Source: Octopus sinensis (taxonomy: Eukaryota). From it: DNA of 64,000 nt. This document shows, one piece after another, positions 39,324 through 51,554 of this stretch; positions within the stretch are counted from its first letter, which is position 1; every line of letters begins with the position of its first letter. The stretch is from positions 134,478,001 to 134,542,000 of the forward strand of contig NC_043001.1 of NCBI RefSeq assembly GCF_006345805.1. Reading direction: 5' to 3'. Made by a program: the position numbers and the translations under genes. The notes under the pieces are model-generated. The model was not told the DNA's origin and searched no databases. It saw nothing but the letters and a program-made list of their open reading frames with translations.

Positions 39324-40212
39324 CCTTAGTGCAGGGGTTGGTGAACTGGGGCAAATTACCCTGAGTGGGGTAAAAATGAAATTCTTGAGAGTAATGAGGA
39401 CTCATTAGACAAAAGCAACATTATATAAAAAATGTGTTCCTTGTTACCACAAAAGTTTTTCCTCTGGTATGAGGAGGCAGTCAAAAAGTTGCTGCCTTTG
39501 CAAACAAGGATTTTCCACTCTAATGAACATAAAAAACAAAGCAGAGTAATTAATTGAATCACAATAATTGTAGCCAAATTGCTCTGGCATCAAAATGCCC
39601 CAATTTTGATGTAATTGCAACAAAAATGAATCATCATTTCTCCAAAACCTGAAGTGAAAAGTTTCTAGGAAACTCCTTTTGATTTGTAATGAGGATATTA
39701 ATTTATTTTATTGCATCTGTTTTATGCTTTTTATATTTATAATTGTATTCTCCATATAAATAGATTCGATAAAACTTTTGAATTCAAAGAATCTATGATT
39801 TTCTGCCTTTCAAATCAAGAGGGTAATGTCGGCATAAATAGATATATTTTGGAGTAATTAGTTAAAAAAGTTCCCCGACTCCTGCCTTAGTGGATCCTGA
39901 AACACCTATCAGGTTGTTAAGACTTTGTATTCTTGTTATTTATGAATCTAAATAAAATCAGCCTAACAAAGGTCTTCTTTTTCCAGCTATGTTCACTGAC
40001 ATCTTGGTTATTAGACATTATTCTTATTGAAAATACTTCCATTACAATCTGTTGTCAGGACTGCATTAACAAGAGTTAAGTAACTTTACCAGGGGACACC
40101 AATTGGCTATAATGATATGATGTAATATGCAACCTTTGGCTGATATATATATATATAACATTATTGGTGAATTGAAGAAATGGAGCTGAACGCAGATTGA
40201 ACAGAATCGTTT

Positions 40213-40305
40213 TATTTCATTCTACACGTGTTTCGAAAGGCACAAATTACCAAAATCCGATTGAATAATGGGACCATTTGTGTCTTTCTCTTCAGGAAGA
40301 AAATA
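40213..40305 (-). ncRNA. Minimal type I hammerhead ribozyme (minus-strand copy)
   Basis: Mirror copy: CTGAAGA at 40295-40289, ~13-bp stem II, GAAACACGTGTA, predicted cleavage between 40223 and 40222. Confidence 0.75.
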
Positions 40306-40464
40306 GGAAATCCGTTGGAAAACAAAAACAGAACAGAGGCGGAGCAAAAACAATCGAACTAGGCTCCTAAGAGCCCATGGCGAAACTCCATGGGCTCTTA
40401 GGAGCATAGTTCGATTTGTTTTTGCTCCGCCTCTGTTCTGTTTTTGTTTTTCCAACGGATTTCC

Positions 40465-40556
40465 TATTTTCTTCCTGAAGAGAAAGACACAATATGGTCC
40501 CATTATTCAATCAGATTTTGTAATTTGTGCCTTTCGAAACACGTGTAGAATGAAAT
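40465..40556 (+). ncRNA. Minimal type I hammerhead ribozyme (plus-strand copy)
   Basis: Stem I (TTTTCTTC / GAA-T-GAAA), core CTGAAGA 40475-40481, stem II GAAAGACACAA...TTGTGCCTTTC (11 bp, 1 mismatch), GAAA, palindromic stem III CACGTG, GUA cleavage triplet ending at 40547. Confidence 0.75.
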
Positions 40557-40758
40557 AAAACGATTTCTGTTCAATCTGCGTTCAGCTCCATTTCTTCAAT
40601 TCACCATAATGTTTTAATTTCAATTATCCGCACCAACGCACGGTTGCAACACCATATGGTTGTACCTCCAACCGTGCTGTTTACTGCTGTGATTTTTGCT
40701 ACTAAGGTATCGGTTAACTTTTGATTAATCTACTACAAGATTATTCATCTTTCTATTT

Positions 40759-40791
<33 letters not shown>

Positions 40792-40793
<2 letters not shown>

Positions 40794-41095
40794 AGGCGCA
40801 ATGGCCCAGTGGTTAGGGCAGCGAACTCGCGGTTGTAGGATTGCGGTTTTGATTCCCAGACCAGGGCGTTGTGAGTGTTTATTGAGCGAAAACATCTAAA
40901 GCTCCACGAGGCTCCGGCAGGGAGTGGTGGCGATCCCTGCTGTACTCTTTCGCCATAACTTTCTCTGTCTCTTTCTTCTGTTGGCCTGCTCGCTTAGCCA
41001 GTGGGGTGGTGTCATTTGAAGGCTAAAACAATGCGAAGTGCATTGTGACCAGCGATGTGTAGCAACATCTGATAGCCTGGTCGGTCACAGTGATA
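40792..41095 (+). mobile_element. SINE family B, tail type 2
   Basis: Same head and tail as 2475-2745, inserted in (TA)n. Confidence 0.9.
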
Positions 41096-41626
41096 TATAT
41101 ATATCATAATTTCAAATCTGCTGCAAGTGGTAGAATACTTGATTCTACATTACCTCAGTTCACCTATTGTACACTATCGCTTATTTTGGTAACATACCAA
41201 GATTCTGTTGGTGGAGAGCTTTATCTCTTATTTGTTTCATTCAATGAAACAGGATCTAAATATCAGGTCCCATTGGCTCATAAGGTACCTAGTCTCAGTA
41301 TGTTTTTACTTCAGCTGAGTAGTCAGTCTCTCGATGCTAAAGATTTTATCTTCTGCAATGCAACTACATTGAACTATTATAGTACAACATTATAATATCA
41401 GATTAATTCTGATAATTAGTCAGTCTTTTAGCTTAAAAGCCAATTAAGGTTAATATAGGATTTCAACGATATATTGTGAGGTTTAAAGTCTTTTTTTGTT
41501 GGCTGTGTATTTAATCTCATGTTAAGCTGTTTCCTGCTTTTTAAATCTCTCTAACAATAGATTTGGTGCAAAAAAAATTTTTTAATGCTGTCTAGAAATA
41601 TATAATAATGTTTTTTCTCTCTAGAC

Positions 41627-41901
41627 CAGTGGTTCTCAACCTGTTTTAACATTTGGAACCCCTTTGATTACTTCTTTATTCTGATGGACCCTCATAACCA
41701 TTCTATGTTTAAAAACTAGTTTGAATCAAGTTGAATCAGTGGCTGGAAACTTGTTGAACTATGCAAAACATTAAGGAAAGACACCTAGCTGGTTCTTGCA
41801 ATAAATACATTTAAAACAAAATATATTCATATATTAAAATCCTACTGCAGCTCTCCAGTTTACTATTTTCCTTACATGGACCCCCATGTTGAGAACCACT
41901 G
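41627..41901. mobile_element. hAT (Charlie-like) MITE
   Basis: TIR CAGTGGTTCTCAAC / GTTGAGAACCACTG, 8-bp TSD CTCTAGAC. Confidence 0.92.
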
Positions 41902-42214
41902 CTCTAGACAAATGGACACTTGCTATCATACCAACGATACTGTAGAGTCTTAACTGTTTCTGAAACACTGTCAACACTATGCTCTATAGACCTCTAACAC
42001 TTGCTGCCACAACGCCAATAATATACTCTGTCAGTAGTTGCTATCACACCACCAATGTTGTACTCCAGACTCCTAAAAGTTTCTATAACACCACTAAGTC
42101 TGTACTCTATCATTAGTTAGTATAACACTATCAGTACTTATAAACATCTGCTATAAAATCTGGCAGATTTGTGAATGGCTAACACCTTGGATTCAGTTGT
42201 TTATCATTGTGTCC

Positions 42215-42540
42215 ATGTCGGTGGCACGTAAAAAGCACCATCCGAATCGTGGCCGAAGCCAGTGCCGCCTCGACTGGCTTCCGTGCAGGTGGCACGTAAA
42301 ATGCACCAATCCAACCGTGGCCGATGCCAGCCTCGCCTGGCACCAGTACAGGTGGCACGTAAAAAGCACCCACTACACTCACGGAGTGGTTGGCGTTAGG
42401 AAGGGCATCCAGCTGTAGAAACATTGCCAGATAAGACCGGAGCCTGGTGCAGCCTTCTGGCTTCCCAGATCCCCGGTCGAACCATCCAACCCATGCTAGC
42501 ATGGAGAACGGACGTTAAACGATGATGATGATGATGATGT
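42215..42540 (+). mobile_element. RTE 3'UTR fragment with (GAT)n tail
   Basis: Same family; three GGTGGCACGTAAAA repeat units. Confidence 0.85.
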
Positions 42541-42599
42541 GTTTCCCAAGAAACGTAATTTATGACAATACCAGAATTATTGCACCATCAGCAAGATAA

Positions 42600-42780
42600 A
42601 CCATATAAGCAAAGTAATTCTAAGTCATCCTGAATAGGCAAAAGATTTCATTGCTGAGGAACAAGCAGGACTTTATAAAAATAGAAGCACTACTGAGCAG
42701 ATTTTCAACTTCATTACCCTCCAATATTTCCAACACCAAAAAGTCCTATATACTATGTCTTTATAGACCTTCATTCTTAA
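42600..42780 (+). mobile_element. RTE reverse transcriptase remnant
   Basis: IAEEQAG...RSTTEQIFN...QHQK..Y.VFID motif, degenerate. Confidence 0.55.
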
Positions 42781-43600
42781 AATTTTGTAGTGCTTTCTCT
42801 TTATAAATCTCATTATACTATTAAACTGTAGATTTTAATGAAATGCAAGTCCAATATAAAAATCATAAATATACAACTATTGCATGAATATAGGTGAATG
42901 TTGCTGATAAACAATAATTATTGGGGTACATTGTGAATGTGATTGTCATGTGTTGCCGTGTCATTTTTACCTACCAAGGTGGTTTAAATACAATTAAGTT
43001 GACTACATGGTTAGTTAGGTTGATTACTACCTGCCAAAATAGGTTAAATACAATTAAATTGATTAGATGTTTACAGATATATTTACAAGATATCAATTCC
43101 TGAGCATCAATTTCCTGTCTCAGAGCTAAACTTGTGTGCATGCAGTCTCTGCAACTTGGAAGCTGCACATCTTCCACTAGAAAAAGAATTCTGTGATATG
43201 TCTTCATGTCTATTCAAAGGTTTTGTAATGGACCAACAAATTAGAGATATTTTCTCTTAATACTGTAGTTACTATGCTCTCCTACAAAAAATATATCAGT
43301 AACATTGTTGTTTTTTGCTTCTTTTTTTTTTAAATCCTTACTAATGAATGCACCAGTGCAATATTAATTACATGGTAATGCCATTCCTGCTCAGAATCAA
43401 TAAATCATTTAGTTTGTGTTCATAGATGACACTGAAATGTCACTATTTGTCTTTTATTAATTATATCATTAATAAATAGATAATCATAAATAAATCCTTA
43501 ATCAATGATATCACTGAATTTGAACAGATTTAGGAATTATCTGCTATTATGCTTGTAAATTAAAGAAAGAAAAACCCAGAAAATTTCACTTGATAAACAT

Positions 43601-43929
43601 TCCGGGTTCAGTCCCATTGCGTGGTATCTTGGGCAAGTGTCTTCTGCTATAGCCCCGGGCCGACCAATGCCTTGTGAGTGGATTTGGTAGACGGAAACTG
43701 AAAGAAGCCAGTCGTATATATGTATATATATGTGTGTGTGTGTGTCTCCCTAGCATTGCTTGACAACCGATGCTGGTGTGTTTACGTCCCCGTCACTTAG
43801 CGGTTCGGCAAAAGAGACCGATAGAATAAGTACTTGGCTTACAAAGAATAAGTCCGGGGTCGAGTTGCTCGACTAAAGGCGGTGCTCCAGCATGGCCGCA
43901 GTCAAATGACTGAAACAAATAAAAGAGTA
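43601..43929 (+). mobile_element. SINE family A, 5'-truncated
   Basis: Starts at TTCCGGGTTCAGTCCC. Confidence 0.88.
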
Positions 43930-44364
43930 TGTAAATTGAGAGTCTTTTCACAAGAAGTTCTACTTGACAAGAAGCTAAACTTTGTGTTTCTCACACAGAA
44001 GAGTGCTTAGTTTCAGTTTTCAACTTTATACAACAACATTGTTTGAAGTGTGGTTTCATGCAGTTTAGGTTTTGATGACATTTGCAGTGTAGGTTTTAAG
44101 AGTCAAAATGCATTTGGGAGTGTCTGGCATGATATTTTATGCACCACAAAAAAAAAAAAAAAATTCAACATTGAGCAGAAGCTGACTCATATTATTCAAT
44201 AGATCTTTGCCAAGGCAACCAGTGTAGTTCTTAGACTGGGCACCATTGGAGAGTGGTTTCATACCATCATAGGAGTCTCCTCTTCCATGTCCGCTTTGAC
44301 ATTTTTCTGGAGCGAGAATCATTAACAATATTCTTGAAAACCATGTGGGAATAATTATTATTAG

Positions 44365-44645
44365 AAGCAGGAACATCATCATCATCATCATCATTTAGCG
44401 TCCGCTTTCCATGCTAGCATGGGTTGGACGGTTCAACTGGGGTCTGGGGAGCCCGAAGGTTGCACCAGGCCGATCAGATCTGGCAGTGTTTCTACAGCTG
44501 GATGCCCTTCCTAACGCCAACCACTCCGAGAGTGTAATGGGTGATTTTATGTGCCACCGACACAGGTGCCAGACGAGGCTGGCAAACGGCCACACTCGGA
44601 TGGTGTTTTTTTATGTGCCACCGACACAGGTGCCAGACGAGGCTA
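44365..44645 (-). mobile_element. RTE 3'UTR fragment with (GAT)n tail
   Basis: Same family, reverse orientation. Confidence 0.85.
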
Positions 44646-45076
44646 AATATAAAATTTTGTAAATATAATGATAAGCTTTCAAAATTTTCACTCGTCACCA
44701 TTTCTTAACTTACACAGAATACACACATGTTTACACACCACTTTGAAATTGTAGTTAACAAATAAGAGATTAGCTGATGACATCTTGATGGACTGGCAGG
44801 AAAGGAAGATAATTTGTTGAATTAGTCAAGCACCTTGATAGAGCCTCCACCAAGAATGGAACGGAAATCAGTATTGTAAATACCAAACCCATGAGAAATG
44901 CCAATGGTGCCATGTTATCAAACATCTCTTTATAAGATGAGAAACAATAGTACAGGAGATCATATCCCTTGGGAGTAATTATTATTGGCAAAAGATCAAG
45001 ACCTGGTATCCCCACAAGAACTACACAGACACCATACTCAAACTAACTAAATTTAAACCAATATGGAGAGTTACTC

Positions 45077-45480
45077 TCTCTTTACTCTTTTACTCTTTTA
45101 CTTGTTTCAGTCATTTGACTGCGGCCATGCTGGAGCACCGCCTTTAGTCGAGCAAATCGACCCTGTGACTTATTCTTTGTGAGCCCAGTACTTATTTTAT
45201 CGGTCTCTTTTGCCGAACCGCTAAGTGACGGGTACGTAAACACACCAGCATAGCAATGCTAGAGGGACAAACATAGACACACAAACATATACACACACAT
45301 ACATATATATATACACATATACGACAGGCTTCTTTCAGTTTCCGTCTACCAAATCCACTCACAAGGCATTGGTCGGCCCGAGGCTATAGAAGAAGACACT
45401 TGCCCAAGATGCCACGCAGTGGGACTGAACCCAGAACCATGTGGTTGGTAGGCAAGCTACTTACCACACAGCCACTCCTG
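45077..45480 (-). mobile_element. SINE family A
   Basis: Full-length reverse copy. Confidence 0.9.
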
Positions 45481-45489
45481 AACAACAAA

Positions 45490-45830
45490 CTCAGATTCCT
45501 GCCAGGATGTATGTTTGACATGGATTCTTGTGGCAGAAATTTGGAAGAAGATACAGGCACTGGAAAAGGAAGTGCTACTGCAACATCTCAAGTATTTCAT
45601 ACTTGGACCACATCACAAATGAACAGGTTCACAAAACCATTCAGCATCACATTGACCCCCATGAATTACTTCTCTTGACAATATAGAAAAGAAAGATGAA
45701 AGGGTTTGGTTGTATAACATGGTCTGAATGCACTCTTCAAGAGCCCAGAGAACAGGGGAAAAAATGAGGTGAACAGGGAAAAATGGACAGACAACATCAA
45801 AGAATGAATGAGCAAATTGTTAGTGGAAAC
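45490..45830 (+). mobile_element. RTE LINE C-terminal remnant
   Basis: ISYLDHITNEQV...LLT..KRKMKGFG...KWTDNIKE pattern with stops. Confidence 0.6.
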
Positions 45831-45930
45831 CCAAATTTTGGCACATGTCCACAACAGATGGAAAAAAACTGGTATACAATTTATCATAACAGTGCTTCTG
45901 ATTCCATTAGTAATTTCAGGTGCCTAATAC

Positions 45931-45990
<60 letters not shown>

Positions 45991-46014
45991 ATGTATGTGT
46001 GTGTGTGTGTGTGT

Positions 46015-46320
46015 AGGCGCAATGGCCTAGTGGTTAAGTCAGCGGACTCGCGGTCATAGGATCGCAGTTTCGATTCCCAGATCGGGTGTTGTGAGTGTTT
46101 ATTGAGTGAAAACACCTAAAAGCTCCACGAGGCTCCGACAGGGGGTGGTGATCCCTGCTGTACTCTTTCACCACGCTTTCTCACACTCTTTCTTCTGGTG
46201 GCCTGCTCGCTTAGCCAGCGGGGTGGCGTCATTCGAAGGCTAAAACAATGCGAACGCATTGTGACCAGCGATGTATAACTACATCTGATGGACTGGTCGG
46301 TCACGTGATCACGTGATATA
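46015..46320 (+). mobile_element. SINE family B, tail type 2
   Basis: Same head and tail. Confidence 0.9.
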
Positions 46321-47219
46321 TATATATATACACATACAGTTGTATGCATGTCATTGTTCAGTTTCATTTCAAGATGTCTTGCTAATAAAGAGCTGGTTTC
46401 TAACCTAATGTATGTATGTATCAATCAATCAATCAGTGGTATTAATGTGTTTGAAGATCCTTGCAGTGCTACTAATTTCTCAGGTTGATAAATTATTTTC
46501 TCCATATCCCTTATTCCTTTCCTTCTTTTTGCCATTTATTTCTTCTTATATCCACCCTAACTGAAGTATATAGTCCTCCATTCCCCACATTTTGTCACCT
46601 TACCTCATATTCCCCCCTCCTAACATACACTATCATCTTACCTAATGCATAATCCCTCCTCTTCATCACCCTACTTGAAGTTATAGCCTTCCTCTCCACT
46701 CATACACAACCCTGTTGTGTGTAGTTTCTCCGGCAATGTGATGAAGACCATCAAGTTATCCAGGGGTGGGGGGTGGGCTTGTTTTGTGAGTCCATGTGTT
46801 AAACTGTAGACAACTTCTACTACACTTGTTACTAATCAATAATATACCAATTGGTTACTGGAGTGACTATGATTAATAACTTATTTCATAAATATCATAA
46901 TAACTTATTTCATCATTCTAATGTTAATCATAGTCCAGGAGGTATGTGTTTAGCCAATGGCTGAGGACTGACTTCATCACACAAGTCTCAGTTATAGTCT
47001 AGGATCATAGTGACATATTTCATTACTATAATGTGATTATATGTATAGTCAAGTACTGAGAGTCTGCAGGCTTTGAAGCTTTTAAGTGCAACCTTTTAGA
47101 AGTGGCTGAATTTTACCTTTAAAAATATATCTTTAATTATTCAATACTAGATCATGTAATCTTTGATAATTGCTTTCTGTTAGTATCAGTTAGATACTCC
47201 AAGCTAATTAATAAGCAGC

Positions 47220-47348
47220 TTTTTGTTGTTGTTGTTGTTGTTATTGTTATTATTATCATCATCGTCATTATTATAGTTGTTGTTATTGTTATTATTGTTG
47301 TTGTTGTTATTGTTATTATTATTGTTGTTGCTATTATTATTATTATTA
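47220..47348. repeat. (GTT)n/(ATT)n compound microsatellite
   Basis: Direct reading. Confidence 0.9.
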
Positions 47349-47642
47349 AGGCGGCGAGCTGGCAGAAACGTTAGCATGCTGGGCGAAATACTTAGTGATA
47401 TTTCGTCTGTCTTTACGTTCTGAGTTCAAATTCCGCCGAGGTCGACTTTGCCTTTCATCCTTTCAGGGTCGATAAATTAAGTACCAGTTATGCACTGGGA
47501 TCGATATAATCGACTTAATCCGTTTGTCGTCCTTGTTTGTCCCCTCTGTGTTTAGCCCTTTGTGGGTAGTAAAGAAATAGGTATTTCTTCTGTCTTTACG
47601 TTCTGAGCTCAAATTCCACTGTGGTCGACTTTGCCTTTCATG
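47349..47642 (+). mobile_element. SINE family D with partial tandem re-iteration
   Basis: Full unit to 47580, then GGTATTT re-enters the internal B-box region for ~60 bp. Confidence 0.88.
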
Positions 47643-49099
47643 TTTTTGGGGGTGGGTTGCATAACTGTATAAATTCCTGTTTATAGAATACAAATTTGCC
47701 AAAATTTTCTGAAAATTCCCCCCAAAAATTAAAAAGTTATGAGGGGTTATATGCTGTGCATAAAGCAAAATTTTGCCAATATTTTATTTGTTTACAGTTG
47801 ACAATCTGTGCTGTCATGCATACAATGACAGTTTCCAAATCCTGTTTTCTGACTGGATAAAAAATCAAACTTTAAACCTATGTAACTGTTTTTAAAATTT
47901 TTTTTCTAGAAAAAGTGAGTTATCACCTGAGATTCAGCATAGAAAATTACATCAATACACTAAATTTTAGAATTTTCGCAAAACACTAAAAATTTCCACA
48001 GGTGCAACCAAACAGAAAAGATCCAGATTAACATTGTAGGCTAGGTATGAAAGGTTAGCTCTGGTGAGTTTGAACATACAATAGGTAGAATATTTGGGCC
48101 TGATATGGCTAGCTTAAATACTAAAGGGTTAATATAAATCTGTTAAACCCTTTTGATACCAACCCATCGGAGATTATCCCTGGCTCTGTGGGTACAAATT
48201 TCATGATTTAACGTGATTCAAATTAAAACTGTCAGTCAAAATTTCATTTCATGTTCCAAACACTGGCTTAATACTGATAATGTTATTTTACAAGATACTT
48301 CTTTACTTTCAAAATTTCAACAGAAATATGATAACAAAAGGATTAAATCAGCCTTCTGTTATACACAAGCACAGTGTGGTGAATTGGCTGGAAACTAAAT
48401 AACTTCTGTGTGACATTTTTATATTGAGTCTTCTTGTGTGTGTGTGTGGAAGGGGGTTCTTTTCAACTCTCACTGCTATAAATTACAGGTATAAGAAAAA
48501 AAATAGAAAATGCATAATTTTTTTTTTTTTTTTGTAAGCATGAATGAAAACCCCGCCATTACTACAATGAAATTTAACAATTCATTGCTTTTTCTTTTCC
48601 TTTTGTATTCAACTGGGTTGTTCTTTGTATTACTTGTCCTGTTTTCCATTTTTTTCTCTCATTGTTCACGTAACCTGTTTGTTTCCATACTTCATGTTGT
48701 TTGCAGTTGGTGACGTCCTGTACCCATATATGCATACACACACATACACACACACACATTATAATAGAAACTCAGGCCACCATGTGAACAGCAGATGTTT
48801 GCATAGCTGGTGAACCAGCTGCCTTCTGTTGGCTGGTTGGCTGGTTTGTTGGTTGGGTACCACCTGATTATAAACTATTATATATACAAGGCTGGTGGTA
48901 GTCTCCTACTTTCACACTAATATGATTCACTGCTACTCTTCTATTTTATAGAAAAGCTTACAGTTTAGGATCTTCTTTTCCAGTGAATGTTTCAGTATTT
49001 CTGTTATTTAAAATTAACTTGATACACTGAAGCACTTATATGCTATTAAAAGCTATTAATACTTATATAAATATATATATTAATATGGCATATTTATAT

Positions 49100-49466
49100 A
49101 TAGGCGCAGGAGTGGCTGTGTGGTAAGTAACTTGCTAACCAACCACATGGTTCCGGGTTCAGTCCCACTGCGTGGCATCTCGGGCCGACTAATGCCTTGT
49201 GAGTGGATTTGGTAGACGGAAACTGAAAGAAGTCTGTCGTATATGTATATGTGTGTGTGTGTCTATGTTTGTCCCCCTAGCATTGCTTGACAACCGATGC
49301 TGGTGTGTTTACATCCCTGTCACTTAGCGGTTCGGCAAAAGAGACTGATAGAATAAGTACTGGGCTTACAAAGAATAAGTCCCGGGGTCGATTTGCTCGA
49401 CTAAAGGTGGTGCTCCAGCATGGCCGCAGTCAAATAACTGAAACAAGTAAAAGAGTAAAAAGAGTA
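49100..49466 (+). mobile_element. SINE family A with short deletion
   Basis: Lacks the CTTGGGCAAGTGTCTTCTACTATAGC segment. Confidence 0.88.
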
Positions 49467-49933
49467 TACATATATATATATACGAGAAAGAAGCAACAAG
49501 AATGGATTAGTTTTTAGTACAATTGTTTCATACAAAGACAGGCTTTATTACAAGTTGCAAAAATTGCAGCAGATAAAAGTGTCCCGTACTCATCAGCTAA
49601 GATACATATGAATCTTAATTGCTTTGATTGAATACATATATATATATATATCATCATCATCATTTAACATCTGTTTTCCGTACTGACATGTACAAGGGGG
49701 CACTGTACAAGGGAGTACTCCTTTAAGAGTATTGGATGCCCAACTATCCAAGTTCTTTTACAGGGCTTTGAAAAACTGAAGGACCTCTCCAATGAGTGTG
49801 TGAACCTGAGAGTGGAATATGTTGAATAAAATCATAATTAACTGGTCCTCCTGTATTTTCTTTTACCCAAAGCCAGGAACTTATCAGCAGACCCTCATGC
49901 ATATATAGTTATAAATATATGTATATATGTATC

Positions 49934-50283
49934 AGGCGTGGCTGTGTGGTAAGAAGCTTGTGTCCCAACTACATGGTTCTGAGTTCAGTCCCATTCTGTG
50001 CAAGTGTCTTCTACTATGTTTTCTACTATAGCCTCAGGCCGACCAAAGCCTTCTGAGTGGATTTGGTAGATGGAAACTGAAAGAAGCCTGTCATGTGTGT
50101 GTGTTTGTCCCGCAACTATTGTTTGACAACTGATGCCGATCTGTTTATGTCCCCATAACTTAACAGTTCAGCAAAAGAGACTGATAGAATAAGTACTAGG
50201 CTTACAAAGAATAACTCCTTGGGTCAAGTTCTTCAACTAAAACCTGCATGGCTGCAGTCAAATGACTGAAACAAGTAAAAGAA
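49934..50283 (+). mobile_element. SINE family A (older)
   Basis: Diverged copy. Confidence 0.8.
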
Positions 50284-50689
50284 TTAAAGGACAAAAGAAT
50301 ATGCTGATTTACCAAAAGTGATAAATTACAGTACTCAATACAAGTGTATAGTAGTCTTTAATACATTATGACAGAAAGGCTCCTATTTCCAGTATTCTGT
50401 TTCCTTTTGAAATATTCACTGAAATATGAAATGAAAGGTTATCTTTATGTCTTTCTGTTTATAAAAAGGAAACCTTGTGTGTGACACATCCAAAAACAGC
50501 TGCTTGGAACTCATAATGTTTTTGATTTCATTTCCGGTTCTCATGGGAGTAGTCTAAATGTCTTAAACTTCATTCATACAAGCAAAGTGACTAATAATTT
50601 TCCTCATGAAATTGTATTGTTATTCAAATAATGTCTTAATGTAACAGTTATATGTAATACATTTAGTACATATTTTCTGTGGTTGTGTA

Positions 50690-50902
50690 GATGCATACAT
50701 ATACATATATATATATATATATATATATGGAAAGTTTACGAAAAAAACAAAAGACGGTGGTGTACAAAACAAACAGATGTATTAGTATAACGCTCAGGAA
50801 TAGAAAAAGTCTTTTACGTTTCGAGCCTATGCTCTTCTACAGAAAGGTACACAGAAAAAACAAGGAGAGAAAAAAAATGTGTGTAGTGGCTAACGATCTA
50901 TC

Positions 50903-50940
<38 letters not shown>

Positions 50941-51030
50941 TATATATATAATATATGCACATATATGATTATATTTGCATGCATATATAATCATATATAT
51001 GTATGCATATATACACATATGCATACATAC
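50690..51030. repeat. (TA)n/(CA)n tracts flanking a ~180-bp insert
   Basis: Direct reading. Confidence 0.85.
50811..50847 (-). ncRNA. Degenerate minimal hammerhead motif
   Basis: CCTTT-CTGTAGA-A-GAGC ATAG GCTC-GAAAC-GTA|AAAG; core has A6>U and an extra A; lies in a ~180-bp unit between (TA)n tracts. Confidence 0.4.
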
Positions 51031-51239
51031 ATGTTAAGCATATATTAGACATTTTGAAATCAATGTTTTTCTGACCCTGAATGAAATTCAAGGAGGCTGG
51101 TAAGATACTTGGCCCCATGTATACATGGCAGTAACAACTCCATTCTTTTATCCAATTGTTACTACCTTGAGTCGTAATTCTTAATTTTTCACTTTACCGA
51201 AGATCGCACCATATTTTTTATTTGAAGCTACTGATCCTG

Positions 51240-51550
51240 TATGGTTGCACCCTATCTTATTCATCTCATGATCATAAGGTCATGAGGTCAATTCCAGGTG
51301 ATGCATTGTATCCTTGAGCAAGACATTTTATTTCACATTGCTCCAGTTCACTCAGCTGGCAAAAGTTAGTAGTGCCTGTATTTCAAAGGACCAGCCTTGT
51401 CACACACTGTGTCATGCTGAATCTCCTTGAGAGCTACTTTAAGTGTACACGTGTCTGTGGATGCTCAGTCACATTAACGTTAGTTTCATGAGCAGGCTGT
51501 CCCACTGTTGGATCAACTGGAACCCTCATTGTCATAACTGACACAGTGCC
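51240..51550 (+). mobile_element. Older SINE: C-type body joined to tail type 1
   Basis: CCTTGAGCAAGACATTTTATTTCACATTGCTCCAGTTCACTCAGCTG followed by CCTGTATTTCAAAGGACCAGCCTTGTCAC...GTCATAACTGAC. Confidence 0.7.
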
Positions 51551-51554
51551 AATG

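Larger units (their letters stand above)
40157..40613. repeat. ~457-bp near-perfect palindrome (two ~225-bp arms, 7-nt loop), Penelope-like terminal repeat in inverted duplicate
   Basis: Left arm 40157-40380 is the reverse complement of 40388-40613 apart from a few 1-nt indels and substitutions; loop CGAAACT at 40381-40387; each arm carries a hammerhead core. Confidence 0.9.

Noticed and set aside
39987-40079. Exon-like segment with good acceptor and GTAACT donor
   Set aside because: Stop codons in all three frames and no homology.
44774-44800. CTGATGA followed by a CATC/GATG stem (other CTGATGA hits at ~13209, ~36823, ~49590)
   Set aside because: No GAAA or NUH at the required positions.
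44770-45015. Hydrophobic minus-strand ORF (…MFDNMAPLAFLMGLVFTILISVPF…)
   Set aside because: No recognisable family and no convincing splice pair; hydrophobic ORFs arise by chance in T-rich DNA.
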